Shown here: positions 10,179 through 20,477 of the stretch, in pieces
How positions within the stretch are numbered: the stretch's first letter is position 1
How the letters are laid out: every line of letters starts with the position of its first letter
From: an uncultured delta proteobacterium
Lineage (GTDB): Bacteria; Myxococcota_A; Polyangia; Polyangiales; JAFGIB01
Length of the DNA stretch: 64,000 nucleotides
Assembly: GCA_963778655.1 (NCBI GenBank)
Contig: CAVZVA010000003.1
Span: 64,001-128,000 of the forward strand
Direction of reading: 5' to 3'
The notes under the pieces: model-generated
Told to the model about the DNA's origin: nothing
The model's database searches: none
Seen by the model: the letters and a program-made list of their open reading frames with translations, nothing else
Made by a program: the position numbers and the translations under genes

Positions 10179-11054
10179 TTGAAGCTCGCCACATTCAGCA
10201 CGCAAGGTCGCACGCGCGTAGGCGTCGTGCGGCAGGACGTCATTGCCGACTTGTCCGCACTCGCGCCGGCGCTGCCGAGCGAAATGACGGCGCTGCTCGC
10301 CGCGGGCCCTGATGCGCTTGCTGCTGCACGCCAAGTGGCCGAGCGAGCGAAGACATTCCTTCCCCTTGCGGACGTCACGCTGCTGGCTCCGGTGGGACGT
10401 CCGGGCAAGGTGCTCGCGATCGGGCTCAACTACGCGGATCACATCGCCGAATCCGGCCTCCCGCGCCCCGAGCATCCGACCGTGTTCAACAAGCAGTCGA
10501 CGTGCATCACGGGGCCTTTCGCGCCGGTGCACATGCCGCGCGTATCCAGGGCGCTCGACTACGAAGGCGAGCTCGCCTTCGTGATCGGCCGGCGTTGCCG
10601 CCACGTACCCCGAGCGCGCGCCCGCGAGGTGATCGCTGGCTACTGCATCATGAACGACGTTTCGGTGCGTGACTTCCAGCTGCGCACGCCGACCTGGACC
10701 ATGGGCAAGTCGTTCGATACGCACGGGCCGCTCGGCCCATGGCTGGTGACGACCGAGGAGATGCAAGACCCGCACGCGTTGCGCCTGCGCACCTTCGTGA
10801 ACGGCGAGCTGCGACAGGACAGCAACACCTCGCAACTCGTGTTCGACTGCGACTACCTGGTCGAGCACCTCTCGCAGGCCTTCACGCTAGAGCCCGGTGA
10901 CGTGATCACGACCGGTACGCCCGGCGGTGTGGGCGCCGCGATGAAGCCGCCGCGCTTTCTCCAAGCGGGCGACCGCGTGATCATCGAGATCGAGGGCCTG
11001 GGCGCGCTCGAAAACCACGTGATCGACGAGCCGCTCGACACCGCGTGCATTTGA
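10179..11054 (+). CDS. Fumarylacetoacetate hydrolase family protein
   Basis: IGLNYADH, LDYEGEL, NDVSVRD, GKSFDTHGPLGP, PGDVITTGTPGGVG. TTG start after a GAGG RBS. Confidence 0.93.
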   Translation: MKLATFSTQGRTRVGVVRQDVIADLSALAPALPSEMTALLAAGPDALAAARQVAERAKTFLPLADVTLLAPVGRPGKVLAIGLNYADHIAESGLPRPEHPTVFNKQSTCITGPFAPVHMPRVSRALDYEGELAFVIGRRCRHVPRARAREVIAGYCIMNDVSVRDFQLRTPTWTMGKSFDTHGPLGPWLVTTEEMQDPHALRLRTFVNGELRQDSNTSQLVFDCDYLVEHLSQAFTLEPGDVITTGTPGGVGAAMKPPRFLQAGDRVIIEIEGLGALENHVIDEPLDTACI

Positions 11055-11088
11055 GCGGAACCCTGGAACCCTGCGAGAGGATTGGCCC

Positions 11089-11967
11089 ATGCTCCACCGT
11101 CTGTGCTGCCTCGAGATGGTCGTGCCCGATGTCGCGGCCACGGCTGCTTTCTATCGCGACTTCGGCCTGCGAGAGGTTGCGTCTGGGCAGCTGGCGTCGA
11201 CGGCAGGCGGCGTGCAGCTCGTGCTGGTTTCCGGCACCGCGCGCGCCGTACGCAGCTTGCGGGTCGGCGTCGACGATGCGAGCGACCTCGATCGAATCGC
11301 GCACAACCTGCAAGACCTGGGAGCAGCTTGCGAGCGCGGCGACGGTGTGCTCGAGACCCGCGATCCGGATCTCGACATCGCGCTGCGCATCTCGATCGCG
11401 CCGCGGATCGCGGCCCGTGCCCCCACGTCCAACGCGCGCGGACCGCGTGGTGCCCTCATGCCGGAAGAAGGCGAGCCGCCGCGCCCGCGCAAGCTTAGCC
11501 ACGTGGTGCTGGGCTCGCCGAATCCCCTGTCGACCTGCCGCTTACTGTGCGACGGTCTCGGCTTTCGCGTGAGCGATCGACTGCCCGAAATCAACGCAAC
11601 GTTTCTGCGCTGCGGCAGCGATCACCATGACGTGCTCGTGCAGCCTGCGCCGCGGGCGTTCTTGCACCACACCGCATGGGAGCTCGCGAACGTGGACGAT
11701 GTCGGTCGCGCCGCGATGCGCATGCTCGAACGCGACGCCGCGAGCCAGGTGTGGGGCTTAGGCCGCCACCTCGTGGGCAGCAACTATTTCTGGTACCTGC
11801 GCGATCCAGCCGGCAACTTCGCTGAGTATTCGAGCGACGTCGACACCATACCCGACGACGCCGCCTGGCAACCGGGCGACTTCCACGGCCGCGCCCAGCT
11901 CTACGCCTGGGGCCCGCCGCCGCCGCTCGAGTTCCTGCTGCCGAGCGACATCTATCCGAGATCCTGA
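11089..11967 (+). CDS. VOC-family protein, likely extradiol ring-cleavage dioxygenase
   Basis: Two VOC domains: LSHVVL, FLRCGSDHHD, LHHTAWE, WGLGRHLVGSNYFWYLRDPAGNFAEY. Confidence 0.85.
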   Translation: MLHRLCCLEMVVPDVAATAAFYRDFGLREVASGQLASTAGGVQLVLVSGTARAVRSLRVGVDDASDLDRIAHNLQDLGAACERGDGVLETRDPDLDIALRISIAPRIAARAPTSNARGPRGALMPEEGEPPRPRKLSHVVLGSPNPLSTCRLLCDGLGFRVSDRLPEINATFLRCGSDHHDVLVQPAPRAFLHHTAWELANVDDVGRAAMRMLERDAASQVWGLGRHLVGSNYFWYLRDPAGNFAEYSSDVDTIPDDAAWQPGDFHGRAQLYAWGPPPPLEFLLPSDIYPRS

Positions 11968-12313
11968 TTCTGCACGCCTCCGGGCTCTGGTGGCCATCCG
12001 TTGTCCTTTTGCAGCGAGACTGGTCAATACTTGGCACAGTGTGCGGGCAGCAATGCGCTGCAGGACATTCGCTTGCCGCGCTCGAATGCGGGCTCGATGC
12101 CCTGCTGCTTTCCATGCCGTTGAGCGGCGGGCCGCGGACGCTGCTGGGCAGCAACGACGCGAGACTGAACCCGGACGCGAAGGACGCACGGCGATTCCAC
12201 CCCGAACGAGAGCGAGCTCGCAACGCCCGCGCTGCAGCTCGCGGCCGCCTTCGAAGCGCCGGACCCGGCCGGATCGATCGCGTTCACGCACGAGAGCTTG
12301 ACCGTCACCGCAA

Positions 12314-13399
12314 GTGTGCAGGTCTCGTCCCGCCTTCGTCGCGACACCTAGCTCGACGGTACACCGCCCGAAGACCTCGCTGGTCTTGGTGAGCGTCCGA
12401 AGAAGGACTATAGTCACGTTTGCCTTGGATTCCAGCGAGAGCAAACCGACCGCGATTGGGGTGTGGGGAGTTCGCAACTACTACACGACCCTGGAGCGAC
12501 GCGCCGCGACGGCCGCGACGATCACACCAAGTTACCTGGCGATGGTGGTTGCCGCAGCAGCCATGGCAACGGCGGGGCTGTTGATGGACAGCGCCGCCGC
12601 GGTCATTGGCTCGATGTGCGTTGCCCCTTTCATGGCGCCATCTCGTGGCGTCTGCATTGGCCTGCTGTTCGGCAACTGGAAGGTCTTTGCCGCGAGCATG
12701 ACCAAGCAGCTCTTCGGACTCCTTCTGATCGGCGGCGGCGTAGCGACCCTCATCACCTTGTCGCTGCAAGCGACGGTGGGAAACCTCTCGGTTACGCACG
12801 AAATCTTGCTTCGCGCGATGCCGACCACGCGGGATGTCGCCTTGAGTGCGATCATCGCGGTGTCAGCGGGGGCTGCGGCATCCCTGGTCCTCATCACCCA
12901 GCCGAGCACCACCTTGGAGACGCCGTGGGGGCAGGTTCTTGATGCCGTCATCGGCGTGGAGATCGCGATTTCGTTGCTTCCGCCGGCTGCAGTGATGGGG
13001 ATCGCCTACGTGCTCAACACCCCAGCCAATGGCACCAACGCGTTCATGCTGTTGATCGTCAACCTCGTTGGCATCGATGTGGTTGGTAGCGTGTCCATCC
13101 TGGCGATCCGTGGCGTTCGCCGCCGATATCTGGAGGTGGAGAAGAAGATTCGCGGTGTGGCGTCGAAGACCCTCGCTGATGTTCCCGGCTTCGTGTCGGT
13201 CGGCAGCACCATCGACGTGACGTTGCTCAACGAGAACGAAGCGCGGATCGATGTTATCCTTCGTCGCGAGTTTCGAGGCGAAGTCCCAGATGATCTGGCC
13301 AAAACGATCGCCTCCCGAGTCTTCGCGGGGACCTCGCTGAAGGTCGACGTCGCGGTGGAAGTCGTTCCCATCCTCACGCACATGGGCATTCCAAAATAG
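12314..13399 (+). CDS. DUF389 family membrane protein
   Basis: GLLMDSAAAVIGSMCVAPFMAP and VIGVEIAISLLPPAAVMG, with several TM helices. Start uncertain. Confidence 0.8.
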   Translation: MCRSRPAFVATPSSTVHRPKTSLVLVSVRRRTIVTFALDSSESKPTAIGVWGVRNYYTTLERRAATAATITPSYLAMVVAAAAMATAGLLMDSAAAVIGSMCVAPFMAPSRGVCIGLLFGNWKVFAASMTKQLFGLLLIGGGVATLITLSLQATVGNLSVTHEILLRAMPTTRDVALSAIIAVSAGAAASLVLITQPSTTLETPWGQVLDAVIGVEIAISLLPPAAVMGIAYVLNTPANGTNAFMLLIVNLVGIDVVGSVSILAIRGVRRRYLEVEKKIRGVASKTLADVPGFVSVGSTIDVTLLNENEARIDVILRREFRGEVPDDLAKTIASRVFAGTSLKVDVAVEVVPILTHMGIPK

Positions 13400-13564
13400 G
13401 CGCGCCTGCGAACGCGCTCGTGTTGCCCTCGCCCGGACTCAGGGCACGACCTTCACGTCGTTGGGGCCCGACTGGGTGAGCCCCCAGGGCACCATGAACG
13501 CGCCACCGGCGTCGAGGTCGGCCGCCACGACATAATGCTCGGTGGGATCGAGATCCACACCCCT

Positions 13565-14179
13565 CTACGGCTCGGCGCTGGCGGCCGGCGGACGCTGCAT
13601 GAACCACATGTTGGTGTCGGCGCCTCGGAGCACGGCCTCCGACGTCACTTCGAAGCCGTGATTCTGGTAGATGCGTACGCTGCTCGGCCTGTCGGTTTCG
13701 AGATAGCAAGGCACCTGCTCCGCGTCAGCTTTCGCGCTCAAAGAGCGCAGCAGGCGCGAGCCCAGACCTTGACCCTGGCGCTCGGGCTCGACCCCGAGCA
13801 CCCACAGAAACCAATGCGGATCGTGCAGATGCTTGCGCTGCATCTCACCGTCTATGAGCACGAAGCGGTGCGCGCGCCCCAGCCGGGCGCGCAGGACACC
13901 CCAGGCCGTGATCAGCTGCCCGATCGGGGACGGCGGATAGCGTCGCGGCGGGAACAGCAGCGAGGCAGCCACGACAGACGTGCCTTCCTTGATCACCTCG
14001 ACCAACCCGTCCCGCTGCGTGGTCCGCAAGAAGCCGAGACTGATCGTCCGCAAGGCGCGCTCGCGCTTGTCCTCGTCGTCACCCTTCAACAGACCGAGGT
14101 AGACGGGATTGTCTCGAAACGCCCGCGCCAACACCGCCGCGGCCTCTGACAGCTCTGCTGTAGCGATCTGTTGAACCAT
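13565..14179 (-). CDS. GNAT family N-acetyltransferase
   Basis: LARAFRDNP, HWFLWVLGVEPERQGQGLGSRLL, CYLET, YQNHGF. Confidence 0.92.
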   Translation of the reverse strand: MVQQIATAELSEAAAVLARAFRDNPVYLGLLKGDDEDKRERALRTISLGFLRTTQRDGLVEVIKEGTSVVAASLLFPPRRYPPSPIGQLITAWGVLRARLGRAHRFVLIDGEMQRKHLHDPHWFLWVLGVEPERQGQGLGSRLLRSLSAKADAEQVPCYLETDRPSSVRIYQNHGFEVTSEAVLRGADTNMWFMQRPPAASAEP

Positions 14180-14194
14180 GTTCCGTTCCTCACG

Positions 14195-16100
14195 TCACTC
14201 CGAAGGCTCGTCGCGTCCGTTCCAGTCGCTGGGCGCCGACCGCAGGCTCGCCCTGCGGCCGCTCGGGCGCAAAGGCGCCGTCTGTGCGACGCCGGTCAAC
14301 CCCTGAGCGAGCGCCTCCAGCAACGCCGTCGAGGGCGCGCACAGCTGCTGGTCGCCGACCGCAACCACTGCGACTGCAAGCACCTGGATGCGGCCATCCA
14401 GCTCCTGGTCGAGAGGGTACATGCAGTAGCGTACCTCCGGCTCGGCCCTCGCGCCCGGCGCAGTGTCGCCGCTGGCCTCGAACAGCTCGGTGTCGTTCTG
14501 GGTGCAAACCCGACTTGCGACGGCTTGCCGCACCATGTCGAGCGAAACATCCGGCGCTGAGCTCGCGTTGCGTGGAGAAACCAGCTGAATCTCGCTCCCC
14601 TCGCAGAGGAACAGGTAGCCACTGGGGCTGCTTGTCTCCTCCAGCAGAAATTCGAGCACGCGGTCATAGCGCTCGCGGGGCCCGACGCAATCGAGCAGCG
14701 CCCACGCACTTGGTCCGGTCTCCACGCGGGGTCAGGGCCCGGGTCGAGCGTCCGCGTCGCTTTCTGCGGCCCCCGGGCGATCTCGCGGCGCAAGGCGTCC
14801 CCGCGCGCGATCAGGGTCGGGTTGTCGCTCGATTGAAAGCAACATGCGACCTCTGCAAGGTGCGCCTTCGCTGCCTCTTCGTCGCCGGCCTGCTGCGCGA
14901 CGCGCCCGGCCGCCTCGTGCAGGATTCCGCGGGTGGTCGTGCCCGCGCGATCGCCGATTTCCGCGAGGTAGGAGTCGATGCGCGCAGCGCCGGCCTCGGG
15001 TGCACCGATCGCGGCCTCGGCCAGCGCGAGGTTGACGACGATTGGGGCGACCATGATCGTCAGGGAGCGCTCCTCCGCGTCGAGTGGGGCAAGCGTATCC
15101 AGACCGAGGCGCAACGCCTCCTGCGGCCTGCCGAGCGCGATCAGATTGGTCGACGCGGGAGAGGGTTGATCTGCATTGCAACCCAGCACGATCAGCATGT
15201 GTCGCTCGTGGATGCCACTGGCGAGCGCAGCGAGCAGGGCGGTTGAGTTGTCGTCCGCGTGCTCGAGGTTGTGGACCGCGAGCAACAGCGGCGCGCTCGT
15301 GCCGACCTTCTCGAACCAGGAGAGCAGCGCGCCTTGGACGCGCAAGCGCGCCTCGCGCGGGTCGGCACCGCCGAGCTCCGCGGGGCTGGCGTCGAGCCTG
15401 GGCGCGACCCGAACCTCCGCGTCGTCGATGAACCTCGAGAGCTCGCTCGCGTGCTCTCGCGCCGCGTCGCTCGCGTGGTCGGGTTGATCCGCGGCCACGC
15501 CGCGCACCAGCTCCTCGACCACGGCATACGCGCCCGTGTCTTGTTGCGGCCGAAATCCGCCAGCGTTCCGAAATCGATCAACTTGGCACGACCGCTCGCG
15601 GTGACGCGCACATTGCGCGCGCTGAGGTCTCGATGGACCAGTCCGCGGGCGTGCAGCAGCGCGAGCGAGCTGGCGACGTCGCGCAAGCATGCGCACGCGG
15701 TCCGGTAGGGCAAGGGCGCGACCTCTCGCAGGTCCCGGCCGTCGAGCAGCTCCATCGTGTAGAACGGGCCGCTGCGGTCGCAGCCGTAATCGTAGACCTC
15801 GATGATGCCCGGGTGCTTGAGCCCCGCGAGCGCGTAGAACTCGCGCTCGAACATGCGCGTGCGCCGCTGCAGGTGGTCGTCGCCGGACATGCGCTTGAGC
15901 GCGACCTCGTGCTTCTTCACCCGGTCGAAGACGCGGTAGACGGTGCCCATGCCGCCGGTCGCCAGGCGCGCTGCCACGCGGTAGCGCCCGGCGATCAATT
16001 CCGGCGTCGGCGCGCCTTCATCGGCCGCTAGCACTCCTCCGCTCTCCCCGCGTTGCTCGTCGGCCCGCGAAGCTTGCCCGCCTCGTGACACCACGACCTC
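14195..16100 (-). pseudogene. Remnant of a large Ser/Thr kinase-ATPase-helical repeat signalling protein
   Basis: Kinase N-part (RYRV..LATGGMGTVY, VALK, HRDLSARN, DFG) ends just after DFG. The next frame has an ATPase-like piece (PLLLAVHNLEHADDNS) joined to a helical C-terminal piece. A third frame (14195-14725) gives a GAF-like tail. Confidence 0.7.
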
Positions 16101-16725
16101 CCAAGTATACGTGCATTCTACGCCAGGGACGACACTATTTCGACAAACGTGCAGTATAGATGTAGTGCGTATTCGAATGGAGCGCCCGAATGTGGCGCCT
16201 GGCGGGGGCTCTTCTGCTCGGGAGGGGCAGTACCAGCTCGAGCCCGACCGGCGCACCCGTAGTCAGGACCGCGAAGAGCCCTGCGCGCCGCGCTGGCCCT
16301 GCGCGCGTAGACAGGGCATGCCCCCCCGCTGACAGCGCGCAAGCGCTGCTCGTGTAGCTGTTGCCGCCGCAGCCGCACGCCGGCGCCGCCTCGCACGCGC
16401 GCAACCACGCGCCTCGCTCGATGAGCACCATCACCCTGAGTCGCGGTCCGGCGCCGTCGTCGTTCACGACCCTCTCAACATCGGCGCGCCGGCGCGACCC
16501 AAGCCTGCAACCGACCGGCCACTCACCCGCACGGTACATCTCAGCGCACGATCGCGCACCGAGCCCGCGCCCCCCTTTCGTTCAGAATGGCCGCCCGGGC
16601 ACAGCTTGGAGACCGGCCTGCTTGTTTCGGTCTCGTCGATGACAGGCGGCCGTGCAGTCGACCCGAGATGCAAACGCCCCGCCGGCCTCTTCGGGGGACC
16701 GCGCCGAACATGTTACATCTTCGCG

Positions 16726-17412
16726 ATGCAGACCAGTTTGATCGTCGCGGACGACTTCTTCGAAGAGCCGGAGGCCATCAGGCGTCTGGCGCTTTCCGGA
16801 ACCTTCGTCGACAGCACAGACGCGGCCTACACCGGCAGCTGGAACAGCCCGGCGGATTTCCGCATCAAGCCGATCCTACACAAGCTGGCGCTGGCTCTGG
16901 GAGCGGACGTGGTCTACGACCCGAAGCTGCCGTTCAGCTTTCGCAGCTTGACGCAGAAGCAGTACGACCAGAAGCACACCTTGGTTCACCATGACCGCTC
17001 GATATGGGTTGCATTCGTCAGCCTGATGCCGCCTTCGCTGCCCCAGGTGTCCACAGCCTTCTACCGTCATTGCCAGACCGGTCTCCACGGCTTGCACGAC
17101 GCGCACAAGGTCCACGAGCTCCTGGCCGCGGGCAAGTACGACCTTGGCCGGCTCGGCGCGGTTCTGGCGGCGGACTCAGCTTGCCTTTCGCGCTGGGACG
17201 AGGTCGGGCGCGTTGGACACACGTGGAATCGCCTGATCATCATGCGCGGCCGCCAGTTTCACGCCGCCGGACGCGGCTTCGGAACATCGCCGAAGAATGC
17301 CAAGCTGACCATGCTGATCCCTTTCGAGGTCGCTGGGCAAGAGCAGCGCAGGCCGAATCGCGGCATGATTCGCACGCAGCTCTACCGACGCGCCTCGACG
17401 AACAGGGAGTAG
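16726..17412 (+). CDS. DUF6445-like putative Fe(II)/2OG oxygenase
   Basis: LIVADDFFEEPEAIRRLAL start, HxD (VHHD), WNRLIIMRGRQFHAA distal His. Confidence 0.7.
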   Translation: MQTSLIVADDFFEEPEAIRRLALSGTFVDSTDAAYTGSWNSPADFRIKPILHKLALALGADVVYDPKLPFSFRSLTQKQYDQKHTLVHHDRSIWVAFVSLMPPSLPQVSTAFYRHCQTGLHGLHDAHKVHELLAAGKYDLGRLGAVLAADSACLSRWDEVGRVGHTWNRLIIMRGRQFHAAGRGFGTSPKNAKLTMLIPFEVAGQEQRRPNRGMIRTQLYRRASTNRE

Positions 17413-18239
17413 TGCCTCCCGCGGGTCCGTGCTCCGGCGTAATCGCTGGCGGTGTCCACGCGAAGCGCACGGTGCCGGCTCTTCATATAACTGCTGCGCT
17501 CGATGCGCCTGAACCCAGCTCGCCGCAGCAACTCTCGCAAGGTCTCGAAGTCGTAGCCGAACCTGTGCCCCCAGAAGTTATACGGCGGCTTGTTCGCCCC
17601 AGCATATGAGAGCACCTGCTCGAGCAGGGTCGCGCCTTTTGCGTCCTTCGACCAGTGCTCTGCTCGGTCGCGGAAGAAGCGGCGGTCACGCTTCGAGTAC
17701 GCGACCATGTACTGCTCGATATCCGGCACGATCAATCTCAGCACGCCCCCGGCTGCGAGCACACGACGCACATCCACGAGCAAACGCAGTGCGTCATCGG
17801 GGTAGTCCAGGTGCTCGAGCAGGTGAGAGCAAAAGACGAATCGGGCAGAGCCCTTCGGAAACGGAAGACCCCAGAGCACGTCCAGCGCGAGATCCGCGGG
17901 AGGCAGGTCGAGGTTCAGCCAACCATCCAGTCGCCGCGCGCCGCCGCCGACCTGAATCTTGAGCGCAGACGGGCTGCCAGAGAGCCCGAGCCGCGCGTAC
18001 TGTCTTGAGATGTACGGCGAGCGCATGCGCTCCAGCGTCCGTTTCGCGCGTATCAGCGCGCGGCAGCACTGCATCAGCTCCTGCCGCGTCTCTCGGCCGG
18101 CACGCGTGGCGCTGCTGAGGTGTCCACCGAATCCCCCCAGATCGCGCGCGACCTGGCGGGTCAAGAGCGCAATGTACTGGACTAGGCGCTCGTTGGAAAC
18201 TGCCTTCGGCTTCCGGCCACGTGCTCGAGGTTGCTCCAT
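17382..18239 (-). CDS. SAM-dependent methyltransferase (type 11-like) with N-terminal helical extension
   Basis: QVGGGARRLDGWLNLD, LPFP, CSHLLEHL, RRVLAAGGVLRLIVPD. Confidence 0.85.
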   Translation of the reverse strand: MEQPRARGRKPKAVSNERLVQYIALLTRQVARDLGGFGGHLSSATRAGRETRQELMQCCRALIRAKRTLERMRSPYISRQYARLGLSGSPSALKIQVGGGARRLDGWLNLDLPPADLALDVLWGLPFPKGSARFVFCSHLLEHLDYPDDALRLLVDVRRVLAAGGVLRLIVPDIEQYMVAYSKRDRRFFRDRAEHWSKDAKGATLLEQVLSYAGANKPPYNFWGHRFGYDFETLRELLRRAGFRRIERSSYMKSRHRALRVDTASDYAGARTRGRHYSLFVEARR

Positions 18240-18286
18240 CGTTGTCCTCAGCGAATCTCCGTGCCACGGTTTTCCTCGAGGCCCCG

Positions 18287-20431
18287 ATGGTCAGGCACCA
18301 GAAGCGCTCGCAGAAAGTCGTGCAGTCAAGCTACCTGCAAGTCGTCAGACTCCGCAACGGCAACTACCTGTGCGTCAACGCCTTTGCTCGAACGAGGATG
18401 GTCGTTCGCCCGCGAGTCAAGCAGCTCATCGACCTCTTCGAGACGCCTCGCTCGCCGGCCGAGGCGGTGCGCGCGCTCCAGCGCGTGCACGACGTCGACG
18501 CCGATGCCGCGCTCGCTTGTGTTCACGAGCTCATTGCCGCTCGGCTGCTGCACGCGGGTTCCCGCGCCTCGGAGCAGCAGCGAATGAAGGACTGGCTCTC
18601 ACAGTTCTTCGCCCGTGATCCGGAGGCGGGGCTCGACCGCTGGGTGCGCGCCACACCCCAGCAGCAAGAGGATTACTGGGCGCTGAGCGTGGGCCGTGAC
18701 ATCGAAAACCTACAACCGCTTCCCTACAAGCTGACCGCGATCGTCTTGGGCGCGTGCGACGTTCAGATGGAGACCGACGTGCTGCGCCACGAGGCCAGGG
18801 CGTTCGGGATCGACCTCACGCTGCTGTCGACGTTCGAGGATGACACTGCCCTAGTTTCCGAGCGCCGCCACGACTTCGTGATCGTGGGTGCGCTACAAGC
18901 ACGGTTCGACATGTTCGAGGCCGACGCCACCGGCCCGCAGACCCCGCATCACATATATGTCGAGTGCGCGCAAAAGCTGCTTGCCAGTCTACGCGAAAAG
19001 ACGAGCGCACCGATCTTGATCGACAACCTTCCCGTCCCGACCTGCTCCCCGCTTGGACTCGCGGACCGCGGCGTGGAGTCGCACCGCGAACGCGCACGGC
19101 GGGCGAACCTGGCCCTGGTCGAGCTGGCGAATGGGATCGAGGACGTGTTCGTGATCGATATCGATGCCGCGCTGGGCCGCGCGGGCAAGGGTGGGCTGCT
19201 CGATGATTCGCTGGTTGGCTTCAGTCACCTTGGGTCCCTTGGCTGGCTCCGACAGCGCGGGGAATCGGAGCGCCGCGCCGTTCATGGAGCATTTCCGCCG
19301 CTCGAGCAGCTCGCAGGGCTCGGCTCTGCGGAGCCGTTCGCGCACGAGCGGCTGATGGCCGCGGAGCACCTCGGGGTGATGCTTGCCTGCCTGGGCATCG
19401 GACGGCGCAAGTGCGTAATCGTCGATCTGGACGAGACACTTTGGCCTGGCGTTCTCGCCGAAACGGGCGCGCCGTTCGCCTGGGCGCCTGAGGTCAGCGG
19501 CCAGTTTTCGTTCGTGGGCCTCTACTTCGGCTTGCACGAAGCGCTCAAAGCCCTCGCGCGGCGTGGCATCCTGCTGGCCTGCGCGAGCAAGAACGACGAG
19601 GAGGTGGTTCGCCGGCTGTGGCGCTACTCACCGCACTACCCGGTCGAGCGTCTGCTGAGACTCGACGACTTCGTGATTCACCGCATCAACTGGAAGGAGA
19701 AGGTCGACAACATTAGAGACATCGCGGACGAGCTCAGCCTTGGGCTCGATTCCCTCGTGTTCATCGACGACAGCGCGGTCGAGCGGGCCAAGGTACGGGC
19801 GTTCCTACCCGAGGTGCTGGTGCTGGGTGAAAACCCGTTCACTACGCGCTTCGAGCTGCTGACCAGTCCGTGCCTTCAAGTATCCCGGATTACCAAGGAA
19901 GCACGCGAGCGCGCCCCACTGATGCGCGCGCAGCTCGCGCGCAGGCGGGCCGCGCGCAGCACCGTCGATCAGGCACGCTTCAACGCATCGCTCGAGATCG
20001 CGTGTGACATCCATCGAGTCGAAGGAGAGCACGAGCTGGACCGCATCCACGAGCTGGTCGTGCGCACGAATCAGTTCAACACGAGCGGCCGGCGCTACCA
20101 GAAGCAGGAGCTGCGCGCGCTCGCCCAGTCGGCCGAGGGCCGTGTCTATTCCATGTCGGTCAAAGACCGCTTCGCGGACTACGGATTGGTGGCCGCCTGC
20201 ATCTGCGACCGCCACGTGATCGAGCTGGTCGTGATGAGCTGCCGCGTGATCGGCATGGGCGTGGAGGATCGTCTCTTGCGCTTCGCGACCGCGGAGCTGG
20301 GCGCGAAGCATGGCCGAGTTGAGGGCCGGTTGATCGCGAGCGATCGAAACCTTCCGGCCCGAAGCTTGTTCAAGCAGAACGGCTTCGACCTGGTCGACGC
20401 CACGACGTGGCGCTTCGCGTGCGGCGTATAG
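18287..20431 (+). CDS. FkbH-like HAD-IIIC phosphatase/glyceryl transferase with N-terminal RRE/PqqD-like domain
   Basis: HAD motif IVDLDETLW, ASKN, INWKEK, FIDDS; C-terminal RTNQFN, DRFADYGLV, MSCRVIGMGVE. The first ~90 aa read as three strands then three helices. Confidence 0.85.
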   Translation: MVRHQKRSQKVVQSSYLQVVRLRNGNYLCVNAFARTRMVVRPRVKQLIDLFETPRSPAEAVRALQRVHDVDADAALACVHELIAARLLHAGSRASEQQRMKDWLSQFFARDPEAGLDRWVRATPQQQEDYWALSVGRDIENLQPLPYKLTAIVLGACDVQMETDVLRHEARAFGIDLTLLSTFEDDTALVSERRHDFVIVGALQARFDMFEADATGPQTPHHIYVECAQKLLASLREKTSAPILIDNLPVPTCSPLGLADRGVESHRERARRANLALVELANGIEDVFVIDIDAALGRAGKGGLLDDSLVGFSHLGSLGWLRQRGESERRAVHGAFPPLEQLAGLGSAEPFAHERLMAAEHLGVMLACLGIGRRKCVIVDLDETLWPGVLAETGAPFAWAPEVSGQFSFVGLYFGLHEALKALARRGILLACASKNDEEVVRRLWRYSPHYPVERLLRLDDFVIHRINWKEKVDNIRDIADELSLGLDSLVFIDDSAVERAKVRAFLPEVLVLGENPFTTRFELLTSPCLQVSRITKEARERAPLMRAQLARRRAARSTVDQARFNASLEIACDIHRVEGEHELDRIHELVVRTNQFNTSGRRYQKQELRALAQSAEGRVYSMSVKDRFADYGLVAACICDRHVIELVVMSCRVIGMGVEDRLLRFATAELGAKHGRVEGRLIASDRNLPARSLFKQNGFDLVDATTWRFACGV

Positions 20432-20477
20432 CGGTTGTCTTCGACGCGGCACGGCCGTGCGCTATCATACGGGCGCC

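Noticed and set aside
13438..13560. Short minus-strand frame VDLDPTEHYVVAADLDAGGAFMVPWGLTQSGPNDVKVVP
   Set aside because: Protein-like but unassignable, with no GG leader; probably a gene remnant.
16320..16420. Minus-strand PACGCGGNSYTSSAC, Kazal-like or Cys-rich precursor candidate
   Set aside because: No leader, RBS or coherent ORF; at most a decayed fragment.
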